64,000 nt of DNA from Felis catus (taxonomy: Eukaryota): contig NC_058368.1 of assembly GCF_018350175.1 (NCBI RefSeq), forward strand, positions 20,586,001 through 20,650,000. Direction: 5' to 3'. Below the pieces are notes generated by a model. The model was given only the letters and a program-made list of their open reading frames with translations, was not told the DNA's origin and searched no databases. Below, in pieces: positions 24,111 through 34,936 of the stretch. How positions within the stretch are numbered: position 1 is the first letter of the stretch; each line of letters starts with the position of its first letter. A program made the position numbers and the translations under genes.

Positions 24111-25058
24111 GGAGAAAAAGTGAAACATACACATAAAAATATTCTTGACACACTGTCAGGTAAGAATTTTCGATATTCATCATGAAATCTAGATTGCTAG
24201 ATACCTATAACATCATCAGACCATTATTTGTTGTAAAAACACTGCATTTGCTGAGCTAAACCTAAAAATTAAACACAGTGAACCAAGGATTCTCCTTATT
24301 TCCAATGTTATGCCATCATATCAATGTATCAACCTACAAGAGGGCCAAACCTGAGGGGCTTGCATTCCCTAGTCCCAAACGCCTTTGATTCTGACACTTC
24401 CTGGAGCCCATCGCGTGCGGTTATCTATTTCTCCAATCCTCTGCAGACCCTGGATGGCCCCTCACCACCTAGGGGGAGGCTGACAAAGGGCCTGGCTCCA
24501 TCACTTCATTAACTACCCACCTGACCTTCTTTGAAGACTTGTCCTAACCCCTACCATCATCTGGGCCTTGTTAGAAAGGTGCACAGCGTCTGAGGCCTTT
24601 CCGGGCTCACTGGATCCTATCCAGTAGGAACCCAGAGCTGGGCCAGCTGCCGAGTGGGGAGAGAGAGGGGGACAGCAAACTGCCCCCCCCCCCCGAAACA
24701 GACACTTCCGGGCCCCACAGCGTGCCGCGAGACCCTGAGCCCGCGTCATTCTCCACTGGCCTGGGCCGCTCCTTGCAGCCCACCGCAGCGGGAGAAATAA
24801 CGCTCGGCCCGTTTCTGCGCTTTCGGCGTTGGGTTGCAAACCCCGCAGTCAGCTGTAAGGAGTGACCAAGAGCGGGTGCGACGCGTCGGGGAGAGAATCT
24901 GGTCCCACACCGGGGGCCCGGGGACGCGCAGCGCCCGTGCCCGCGGCGTCCGGGCTCCGCGCGGGAGTGGGACCCGCTGGGGTGCGCGCGCAGGGCCGCG
25001 AGCGCCGAGAGCCGACGTGGGGCGCGCCCCGCCGCCCCAGGTGGAAGTCCGGCCGCGC

Positions 25059-25082
25059 GCCGCCGCCGCCGCCGCCGCCGCC
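25059..25082. repeat. (GCC)8 / (GGC)8 trinucleotide repeat at start of intron 1
   Basis: Eight perfect units counted directly. Confidence 0.95.
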
Positions 25083-25141
25083 GGACCGCGCGGGCGGAGG
25101 GCCGGGCGAGGCGCGCCGCCGCTCGGGGCGGGCGTATTTAC

Positions 25142-25193
25142 CTGGAAGCAGGAACACGTGCTGCCGGGCGCGAGCCCGGTCCCCGCCGTCCAT
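25142..25193 (-). CDS. RNASEH2B: Ribonuclease H2 subunit B, coding part of exon 1 (MDGGDRARARQHVFLLP + G, phase 1)
   Basis: ATG at 25193-25191 in strong Kozak context (GGCATGG); peptide matches the recalled mammalian RNASEH2B N-terminus (human ...DCGDGVGARQHVFLVSE); donor CAG|GTAAAT at 25141; lies in CpG island. Confidence 0.93.
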
Positions 25194-25359
25194 GCCGTCC
25201 CTGCCGCCCGCCTCCTGCGCGGGGCGCGAGCAGGCCTCACCCGCGGAGCGCGGGACCTGCCCGGAGCCGGCGGAAGATGGCGGGGAAAGGGTGTATCCCC
25301 GCTAGCGCGGCGCGCGGAGGGGCCGGCGGAGCCCGGGAGGCGGCCCGCGGGACGAATTA

Positions 25360-25371
25360 ACTTTCGTTTCC
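25360..25371. promoter_or_regulatory. ISRE/IRF-like element ACTTTCGTTTCC
   Basis: Reverse complement GGAAACGAAAGT contains tandem GAAA cores; motif match only. Confidence 0.5.
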
Positions 25372-25400
25372 GCAGCCAGCCGGCCGCGCCTGTGAACGTT

Positions 25401-25415
25401 TTTAAATTTAGCGCC
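25401..25415 (-). promoter_or_regulatory. CDE/CHR-like (E2F/CHR) cell-cycle element
   Basis: Minus strand GGCGC-TAAA-TTTAAA: GC element, 4-nt spacer, CHR variant; motif match only. Confidence 0.5.
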
Positions 25416-26015
25416 AGGCCGAGGCGACCCGAGAGGTGGCGCGTCGCCCGCCGGCAGGGGAAGGGTCGCGGCCTCTCCCCTCCGCTGCGCGGCCAGTGGT
25501 AGGTCCTCACCGAGGGCGCGGAGTGACGCGGCGCGCGGGGCGGCCACCCTGGGACGCGGCGGCGGGCGGGGGAGCCTCGGCCCGCGAAGTGGTGGCGCGG
25601 CCGGCGGCGGAAGGAGTCCCAGGTGGGCGAGCGAGCGAGGCCGGGCCCCCCCCCTCCCTTGGGAGCGGGGGGGGGGGGCCGGGACGGATGAGGCCGCCGC
25701 ACCCGGAGGGTTGGGGAGCGCGAACACCAAGCGTGGAGGAAAAAGCCTGCAGCAGATCCGTGTTAAGGACAGCTGCCATCAGATTCTAATCCTGATGTCA
25801 TTCTTGTTAGTATATCTTGTTTGTCGGTTGCATTCTGCGTTGGAATTAAGGTCACAGTATTTTGTGCTTTGTGGATTCATAATGCATTGTAAGTAGTCTT
25901 CGAATTGGGCTTAGCTCTCACCACTAAAAAGAGGTGCTCAAAATACGAATTTGTTATTTGGGGAGAATCTTTGTAATGAGTTAAAAATGTAAGACATTTT
26001 AAAAGGGATATTTAA

Positions 26016-26200
26016 GGGGCACCCGGGTGGCTCAGTCCTTAAGCGTGGGACTCAGTTTCCGCTCGGGTCATGATCTTAGGGTTCGCAAGTTCGCCCTGCA
26101 TGCACTGGCAGTGTGGAGCCTGCTTGGGATTCTCTCTCCCTCTCTCTGCACAACCCCCCCCCCCATACTCTCTCTCTAAACAAATAAAGTAAAAAAAAGT
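26016..26200 (+). mobile_element. Can-SINE (older, CpG-retaining)
   Basis: GGGGCACCCGGGTGGCTCAG head, (CT)n, A tail. Confidence 0.88.
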
Positions 26201-27259
26201 TTTTTTTTTTTTAATCAAAGCGATGTTTAAAAGTTAAGTTCATGAAATTTGGTGATTTAAACTTTGAAAAATAAAATTTTAATTGAAAAAGTGGTACCTG
26301 GTACAGGGTTTCTTAAAAGAAAATAATAAATACTTCTCTTATACTTTAAAGAAAAATCTGTCTGCCTCCTCCCCCAGATCCCCAATCTCCATCCCCATGG
26401 GCAACTACTGTTAACAGTTTCTTGTCTGTTCTTCCAAAAATTTTCCATGCACGTACAAGTCCGTGTCTTTTTGCACGAATGGAAGAATAATATTTTACAT
26501 AACTTAATGCACTTCACTTTTCTTGAAGATAGTTAACTTTGGCAGAACTCCATCTATCTCAGCCTTCTGAAAGGAGTTTTAATTTCAGTCCAATTTCCCA
26601 TGGGGAGTGGTGGTGGCAAATGCAGCTGAAATTGACTGGAGGACACACCCTTCTGCCTCAGGAGGGACATCCAGATGCCAACGCTGGGACAGGCAGCAGA
26701 TTAGTATTGCTCTGATCTCTTCCCTCCCCCAAGATTATACTAGAGGAAAAGCGTGTGTAGGCTAAATTCCCAGGCACACCATAATCGCTATTAACAGCTA
26801 CAAGAGAAACGTTACCCACAGTTCCCTTGCTCTGACATACAGAATTGTTTTCATTCTCTGATCCTTTCCAGCCATTGGCTGTATGAATATGTATTTATCA
26901 GGAGGTAGTTTGCACAGAGTAAAGACAATTTTGTCTGCATTTCTCCCTTAGCATTGTATAAACATGTTTCCCATGGCATCCAGAGTATTGTTAAAGGAGG
27001 CATTATTTCATACTGCTAATGTACCAAGGTTACTTAGCCATTCCCTAGTGTGCAATATTTAAGTTATTTCAAACTGTTATTATAAATAATGCTACAGTGC
27101 ATACCATACATGGACTTTGCGGCAGTTCAAAGCAATGGACTAGATGTTCATATGATGAACTACATGTACACACAGCAACATGGATGCTTCATATCAAGAG
27201 AAAAAAAAAAGATGCAGGACTAATAGAATACCAAGTAGATAAATCAAAAACCCACATAA

Positions 27260-27480
27260 GGGGCACCTGGGCGGCTCAGTGGGTTAAGCGTTCGACTTTG
27301 GCTCAGGTCATGATCTCGCTCGCCGTTGGTGAGTTTGAGCCCCGCGTGGAGCTCTGTGCTGACAGCTTGGAGCCTAGAGCCTGCTTCAGATTCTGTGTCT
27401 CCAGTCTCTCTCCCTGCCCCTCCCCCACTCATGCTTTCTCGCTCTCTGGCTCTCTCAAAAATAAACATTAAAAAACAAAA
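27260..27480 (+). mobile_element. Can-SINE
   Basis: Head, (CT)n, tail; TSD AAAACCCAC. Confidence 0.93.
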
Positions 27481-27859
27481 CCCACTTAAAACATTGTATC
27501 TTTTAAAAGGATACATGCAGTTTTAAGACCACGGATGGAACGCATAAGGAATGGCATCTTCAAAATGGAGGGTAATGGGATAAGGGACAAGTAAAGAGTG
27601 AGGGGCAAGAAAAGTCAAATAAGAGAGGAGCCAGGGCACACATGGGCGACTGTCACTATGTTTTATGAATGAGAGTATAATTTACTTTCTGGCATTTCGG
27701 TCCAGGGATAAAAACATTTTTTAAAAATCTGTTCCAACAAACATTTCTAAACGATTTCCTTTATCCACTTAAAATGTTTAATTTGAGTACCTTCTTAGAA
27801 GAGGTACCAGTGGTGATATAGGAAACTGACTCCAGATTCCTATTGTCCTCAGGATAAAT

Positions 27860-28270
27860 AAAGTCCAAGATACTAAGCTTTGAACAGAGGGACCTTGAAA
27901 TCTTGTCCTCACTTGCCCCTCCAACCACACTTCCCACTGCCTCCCTCCCTGTCCACAGTCTAGCCACAAGGAACTGCCCTTGTCACATCGAGCACTTGAC
28001 ACTGTGTTCCCACTGCAGGGACACCCTGCTCTCCACTAGCCGCATTTCTTCACTTTCTCTCCACCACTGCTTGGTCAACTTTTACTCACCCACCAGGTCT
28101 TATTTAGGCAATTCCTTCTCTACAGCACTCGTCTTGCTGTCCGCCAACACCCTCCCCAAGAATGAATGAGATGCCTCCAGTCTTCCCAGGTACATCACTA
28201 GGTAGGGGAGCCCAAGCCTCCACCAGTTCCTTGAGGAAGGACAGCATGTAGTTATTCATCACTTAATCCT
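27860..28270 (+). mobile_element. L2 fragment
   Basis: Degenerate L2 3'-region motifs (TTCCTTGAGGAAGGACAG...TTATTCATC). Confidence 0.5.
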
Positions 28271-28279
28271 CAAAAAATA

Positions 28280-28490
28280 ACAATGGCTTTCTTTTAGTAC
28301 TAGCTGTGACAGCACCGCACTAAACATTTAACTCAGATGATCTCTTTCCATCCTCCTGCAGCCTTAAGGGGAAGTATTAGTGGGATCCCCACACTGTACA
28401 GAGGAAGAATGTAAATTTAGAGAGATAACTAATTGCTCAGCATGCCCAACCAGCAAGTGACCGAGTAGGAATACCAACCCATAGATGGCT
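28280..28490 (-). mobile_element. MIR
   Basis: CCCACACTGTACAGAGGAAGAATGTAAATTTAGAGAG core-like. Confidence 0.6.
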
Positions 28491-28697
28491 CTTCACCCTT
28501 CCTCTCTCCTGCCCTGGTGTCCAATGTCTAGGACGAAGCTTATGGGCACACCATGTGCTTACATATGTCTTTTGAATAAATATGTGTGTAGATAAATAGG
28601 CAGTTATGGTAACAGTGTGGCTTCTGGTATTTCTAAATTTTACAAACAAGAACACACGGATTTTCCAATATACCAAAAAATATTCCAGAAATTAATT

Positions 28698-28920
28698 TTT
28701 TTTTAATTTTTTTTTCAACGTTTTATTTTATTTTTGGGACAGAGAGAGACAGAGCATGAACGGGGGAGGGGCAGAGAGAGAGGGAGACACAGAATCGGAA
28801 ACAGGCTCCAGGCTCTGAGCCATCAGCCCAGAGCCTGACGCGGGGCTCGAACTCCCGGACCGCGAGATCGTGACCTGGCTGAAGTCGGACGCTTAACCGA
28901 CTGCGCCACCCAGGCGCCCC
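28698..28920 (-). mobile_element. Young felid SINE (SINEC_Fc-type)
   Basis: Near-identical to the other young copies; TSD TCCAGAAATTAATTTT. Confidence 0.96.
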
Positions 28921-29447
28921 TCCAGAAATTAATTTTTATACTAGTCATGCTAACATGCAAAAAGTCAAGCAGGTCATTCTCCAAAGAATAAGAAAGAAAC
29001 AGCAAGTAGAGAATTCAATAGAGAATCACAGAAGCTCTTCTAAATGCCAAAAGCAAGAGATGTTCATTTTCTAGTTTAAAAAAAAAAAAAAAAAAAAAAG
29101 GAACTGGGAGGAAGACGTTCGGAATCAAATGACCTGTAGCAATGCTTAGTGGTGACCAGAGCAGAAAACCCTTGAGCTAAGGCGCAGAGAAACAATTTCT
29201 TTCTCTTAGAGATTATTAAAAACTTACGAGGATGCTTCTTTCAAAACAAAATGCAAATGAAAATTCACATCTATCATCACTTTTACTATAAGAAAAGATT
29301 GTTGCCTTGTTTTTGTCTTGTTGCCAAGTGTTCATCTAGTGACAACAGAGAAGACAACATTGAGCATAAGTGAACCATCCTTTCTGGGGAGAATGTTTCC
29401 TTTATGTTCACTCTCTTATCCAACCCAACCTAAAATTGGATTATACT

Positions 29448-30070
29448 TGTTGCAGACGGGCAGTGTGGCACGTGTAAACTAGTGAGATCTGCCAGTTCTA
29501 GAAGAAAAATGACTGAAGCTATTAGGAAAGGAAGAAGAACCACCCTTGACACCGAGAAGCTGGCCCGGGGCTCACAGCTGGACCGTGTGACTCTGCCAGG
29601 AGACAAAAACAATTTCCCAGAATACCAGCCTCCCACAAGCCTGCCTGAAACCAGAAGAAAATGAGACAAAGCCAGACCACTTCATGCTTTTGGCCAAGCA
29701 CGGACAAAAACAGGTCACTGTGCCACCCACAAAACGCCACACACCTCCCCTCTCTTAGACCAAATGAGTGACTGCTACCTCTTTACCATGTACAGCTTTA
29801 TCCTCATTCCAGTTTTCCCTTCCTGTAGATGAGACTCAATTAAGACCCTCAATCACAGAATTGCCCCACTTTCCAACAGCACCCAATCTGGAGGCCATGT
29901 CTGCTTCCTTAGGTTCTCCCCCGGGTCACACAACTGAAGCTTCCTTCTAACACTGGCTTACTAAGACCCATGATTTCCCATGGCGTGTATTCACCCTCCC
30001 TGCAACAAGTGACAAGTGAACAAGTTGAACAGGTGTGTTTCTAGTAGTCTTTGGCTGAAGCTTATTGGCA
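29448..30070 (+). mobile_element. Solo LTR, ERV1 class (MER31/MER67-like)
   Basis: TG...CA ends, ~620 bp; 3' end CAGGTGTGTTTCTAGTAGTCTTTGGCTGAAG...ATTGGCA resembles that LTR group; no clear TSD. Confidence 0.6.
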
Positions 30071-30631
30071 CTATGCTTACACATTCCAGTCCGGGTGTGC
30101 ATATAGAGTTATAAACATCATATATATTTACATAAAATCAAGGTAGCAAGAAATCTCAGGCAACTCAAACTCCAAAATACACTTTTGTGCCTGAACTATC
30201 TGTAAAGATAGGCTACCGTGATCACATGAATCAGATAATTAGATAATTACATAGTTTGCTGCATGACAGATGAAGCAATTATACACTTCAGAAAATTTTG
30301 ATAACTTGATGTCTTCATTACTCATTTAATTTACTCTCATATAATACTAATATTTCAACAGGACAATGCTTTTGAGATGTGTGTTTTTAAGCCATGAATT
30401 ACCTAGCAAGTCAATAAATTGAGAAATGTGTCAAATATCGGCTACTTTTCATTTAAATATTCATGTTCAAAAGCAGGATACAAACTTGTACAGAAAGTAT
30501 GGTCACAACTAAGAAGAATAACAGAAATAAAAGACTGGTGGCTAAAATCTAACCAGAGTTGTTCTTTCATTCTTTCTTTCTTTCTTTGGTGTATTTTCTA
30601 AATTGTGCAGTTAATATTTTAATTTGATAAT

Positions 30632-30820
30632 ATTTTTTTAAATTTTTATTTTGTTTTTAGAGAGAGGGGTGGGGAGACGGGCAGTGGGAGAGAGAGAGAG
30701 AATCCCGAGCAGGCTTTACACTAGTGTAGAGCCCAACACGGAGCTGGATCTCAGAGCCAAGAGATCATGACCTGAGCTGATAGCAAGAGTCGGGCGCTCA
30801 ACCTACTGAGCCACACAGGC
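30632..30820 (-). mobile_element. Can-SINE (older)
   Basis: Minus-strand SINE whose head abuts the 5' end of the L1. Confidence 0.88.
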
Positions 30821-32444
30821 AGCAAATAACATAGATACAAACAATTATAAGAGAATACCATGAAAAATTATATGCCAACAAACTGGGCAATCTGGAAGAA
30901 ATGGACAAATTCTTAGAAACTTACACACTACCGAAACTGAAACAGGAAGAGATAGGAAATTTGAACAGATCCATAACCAGCAAGGAAATTGAATCAGGTA
31001 TCCAAAATCTACAAACAAACAAACTCTTCGGCCAGATGGCTTCCCAGGGGAGTTCTTCCAGACATTTAAAGAAGAATTAATACCTATTCTTCTCAAACTG
31101 TTACAAAAAGTAGAATGCAAAGAAAGTTTTCAAACTCATTCCATGAAGCCAACATGACCGTGATTCCAAAACCAAAGACCCCACTAAAAAGGAGAACTAC
31201 AGGCCAATAACCCTGATGAAGCTGCAGGAAAAAATTCTCAACAAGATACTAGCAAATCCGATTCAACAGTACATTAAAAGAATTATTCACCATGATCAAG
31301 TGGAATTTATTCCTGGGCTGCAGGGCTGGTTCAATATTCACGAATCAATCAATGTGATACACCACATTATAAACGGAAGGATAAGAACCATCTGATCCTC
31401 TCAATAGATGCAGAAAAAGCACTTGACAAAATACAGCATCCTTTCTTGATAAAAACACTCAAGAAAGTAGGGATAGAAGGAACATATCTCAACATCACGA
31501 AGGCCATGTCCTCAACGGGGAAAAACTGAGAGCTTTCCCCCTCTGATCAGGAACACGACAAAGATGTCCACTCTCACCACTATTATTCAACATAGTACTG
31601 GAAGTCCTAGTCTCAGCAATCAAACAACCAAAAGAAATAGAAGGCATACAAATCAGCAAAGAAGAAGTCAAACTTTCACTCTTCACAGATGACGTGATGC
31701 TGTCCATGGAAAACTGGAAGACTCCCATCAAAAAACTGCTAGAACTGATTGATATGTGAATTCAGTGAAGTTGCAGGATGTAAAATCGATGTACAGATAT
31801 TGGTTGCATCTGCTTCTTTAATACACCAGTACTGAAGTAGCAGAAAGAGAAATCAAGGAATTGATCCCATTTACAATTGCGCCAAAAGCCATAAGATACC
31901 TAGGAATAAACCTAACCAAAGAGGTAAAAGATCTGTATGCTGAAAACTATAGGAAGCTTATGAAAAAAACTGAAGAAAACACAAAGAAAATGGAGAAACA
32001 TCCCATGTTTATGGAGTGGAAGAACAAATATGGTTAAAATGTCTATACTATCCAAAGCCATCTACATATTCAGTGCAATCCCTATCAATATAACACCAGC
32101 ATTCTTCACAAAGCTACAACAAACAATTCTAAAATTTGAATGGAACCAGAAAAGACCCAAAGTAATGTTGAAAAAAAAAAGCCAAAGCTGGAGGCATCAC
32201 AATTCCAGACATCAATCTGTATTACAAAGCTGTAATCATGAAGACAGTATGATACTGGCACAAAAACAGTCACATAGATCAATGGAACAGAATAGAGAGC
32301 CCAGAAATGGACCCACAGATGTGTGGCCAGCTTAATCTTTGACAAAGCAAGAAAGTTTATCCAATGGGAAAAGTCTCTTCAGCAAATGGTGCTGAAGAAA
32401 GAAACTGGGACACTGTCTTATACCATACATAAAAATAAATTCAA

Positions 32445-32648
32445 GGGGCACCTGGGTGGCGCAGTCGGTTAAGCGTCCGACTTCAGCCAGGTCACGATCT
32501 CGCGCTCCGTGAGTTCGAGCCCCGCGTCGGGCTCTGGGCTGATGGCTCAGAGCCTGGAGCCTGTTTCCGATTCTGTGTCTCCCTCTCTCTCTGCCCCTCC
32601 CCCGTTCGTGCTCTGTCTCTCTCTGTCCCAAAAATAAATAAACGTTGA
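32445..32648 (+). mobile_element. Young felid SINE nested in L1
   Basis: TSD AAAAATAAATTCAA. Confidence 0.96.
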
Positions 32649-33464
32649 AAAATAAATTCAAAATGGATGAAAGACCTAAATGTGAGATAGGAAACCATCT
32701 AAATCCTAGAGGGGAAAAGAGGCAGCAACCTCTTTGGCCTCGGCTGCAGCAACTTATTACTAGAAATATCTCCAGAGGCAAGGGGAAAAAAAGCAAAAAA
32801 GAACTATTGGGACCTCATCAAGATAAAAAGCTTCTGCACAGCAAAGGAAACAATCAACATAACTAAAAGCAACCGATGGAATGGGAGAAGATATTTGCAA
32901 ATGATGTATCACATAAAGGATTAGCATCCAAAATCTATAAAGAATTTATCAAACTCAACATCCCCCCAAAAGTAAATAATCCAGTGAAGAAATGGGCAGA
33001 AGGCATGAATTGACACTTTTCCAAAGAAGACATCCAGATGGCTAACAGACGCATGAAAAGCTGCTCAACATCACTCATCATCAGGAAAATACAAATCAAA
33101 ACCACAATGAGATACAACCACACACCTGTCAAAATGGCTAAAATTAATAACTCAGGAAACAACAGATGTTGGTGAGAATGAGGAGAAAGGGGAACACTTT
33201 TGAAATGTTGGTGGGAATGCAAACTGATGCAGCCACTCTGGAATGTGATTCCAGAACCTCCAGTATGGAGGTTCCCCCCCAAATTTAAAATAGATCTACA
33301 CTATGACCCAGCAATTGCACTACTAGGTATTTATCCAAAGGATACAAAAATGCGGGTCTGAAGGGACACATGCACCCCAATGTTTGTAGCAGTGCTATCA
33401 ACAATAGCCAAAATATGGAAAGAGCCCAAACGTCCATTGACTGATGAATGGATAAAGAAGTGGT

Positions 33465-33495
<31 letters not shown>

Positions 33496-33723
33496 CGAAT
33501 AGTACTTGGCGATGAAAAAGAATGAAATCTTGCCATTTGCAACAACGTGGATGGAACTAGAGTGTATTATGCTAAACAAAGTAAGTCAGTCATAGAAAGA
33601 CAAATATCATATGATTTCACACATGTGGAGTTTAAGAAACAAAACAGCTGAACATAAGGGAAGGGAAGGAAAAATAAGATAAAAACAGAGATGGAGGCAA
33701 AGCTTAAGGAACTCTTAAATACA

Positions 33724-33790
33724 TTGGGATGAGCACCGGGTGTTGTATGGAAACCAATTTGTCAATAAATCATATTTAATATATAAAAAA
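33724..33790 (+). mobile_element. Very short felid L1 3'-end insertion
   Basis: GGGATGAGCACCGGGTGTTGTATGGAAACCAATTTGTCAATAAA plus A tail, between TSDs AAG(G/A)AACTCTTAAATACA. Confidence 0.8.
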
Positions 33791-34074
33791 AAGAAACTCT
33801 TAAATACAGAGAGCAAACTGAGGGTTGCCAGAGGGGAGGTAGGTGGGGGACAGGCTAAATGGGTCATGGGCATTAAGGAGGGCACTTGTTGGCATGAGCA
33901 CTGGGTGTCATATGCAAGTGATGAATCACTAGGATCTACTTGTGAAACCAATACTACACTGTATGTTAACTAACTTGAAATTAAATAAATAAATAATGTA
34001 CTCTAAAAATATATTGTTAATTTCTAGTTTCATTTTACTCTGTGCTTCCTCCTGTTTTTTTTGTAGTAATTGTT

Positions 34075-34287
34075 ATTTTTAATGGCTATTTATTTTTGAG
34101 GAGGGAAAGACAGAGCATGAGCTGGGGAGGGGGGGGCAGAGAGAGAGGGAGACACAGAATGTGAAGCAGGTTCCAGGCTCTGAGCTGTCAGCACACAGCC
34201 CGCCACGGGGCTCGAGCTCAGCAACCGCGAGATCACGACCTGAGCTGAAGCTGAACACTCAACCGACTGAGCCACCCAGGGCCCCCC
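34075..34287 (-). mobile_element. Can-SINE
   Basis: Head, (CT)n, tail on minus strand. Confidence 0.92.
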
Positions 34288-34660
34288 CCTCCAATCTGTT
34301 TAAAGAATAACATTCTTACTCCCTTTTGGTCTCGATTACCTTTACCAATGGTCTCACAATTAAGAGGGTTGAGGATACACGTTCACTGATTACATCAAAG
34401 CAGTACATTTCTGCTGCCCTCTGCCTACAAGTAAAATATTCTTCAAATAGTAATGAGATATTTTAGGAACTCATCCTGTCCGACCATCTGAAAACAGGAA
34501 CTGCAACTGAAAAATATGACTAATGCATCACCAAAGATGAACAATTTTCCTGGTAGTGTGACGTCCACCCGACATTTTGCTCAACAGCAAAAATTAGTAA
34601 TATTGATTAAAGAGGAACTTCTGCATCTTCTACAGGATATTTAATTTCACATTAAGCTTT

Positions 34661-34864
34661 CTAATGTTTATTTACTTTTGAGAGAGAGAGAGAGAGAGCA
34701 GGGGAGGGGCAGAGAGAGAGAGAGGGAGACACAGAATCCAAAGGAGGCTCCAGGCTCTGAGCTGTCAGCACCCAGCCTGACTAGGGGCTCGAACTCACAA
34801 GACCATGAGATCATGACCTGAGCTGAAGTTGGATGCTTAACCAACTGAGCCACCTAGGCATCCC
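34661..34864 (-). mobile_element. Can-SINE
   Basis: TSD TCACATTAAGCTTT. Confidence 0.94.
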
Positions 34865-34936
34865 TCACATTAAGCTTTGTAATTACATTGACTATGTAAC
34901 TTTTCTTAGGTCTTAGGGTCTTCTTCAGAGTCCATG

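Larger units (their letters stand above)
668..25141 (-). other. RNASEH2B: RNASEH2B intron 1 (~24.5 kb, GT-AG)
   Basis: Bounded by the exon 1 donor and exon 2 acceptor; frame is consistent across the junction (G|AA = Glu). Confidence 0.88.
24690..25750. promoter_or_regulatory. CpG island / RNASEH2B promoter and first exon
   Basis: Abrupt very GC- and CpG-rich ~1 kb segment in AT-rich surroundings; GC boxes, ETS cores (ACTTCCGG 24704-24711, CGGAAG 25271-25276), YY1-like AAGATGGCGG 25274-25283. Confidence 0.93.
30821..33995 (+). mobile_element. 5'-truncated carnivore L1 (ORF2 RT region through 3' UTR), inactive
   Basis: Continuous ORF2-like sequence (CATGATCAAGTGGAATTTATTCCTGGG; CTCTTCACAGATGACGTGATG = FADD-region remnant), frameshifts, 3' UTR and A-rich tail. 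Confidence 0.93.

Noticed and set aside
25215..25240. GTGAG...CAG on the minus strand in the 5' UTR resembling a mini-intron
   Set aside because: Only ~26 nt, too short for spliceosomal removal
24513..25789. Long overlapping ORFs (up to 318 aa) across the CpG island
   Set aside because: Arg/Pro/Gly/Ala-rich frames expected from stop-codon scarcity in GC-rich DNA; only the first 17 codons of the 24849..25193 ORF are real RNASEH2B before the splice donor
30821..33995. Possible active reverse-transcriptase element
   Set aside because: 5'-truncated, frameshifted, with internal deletions and a nested SINE; a dead L1
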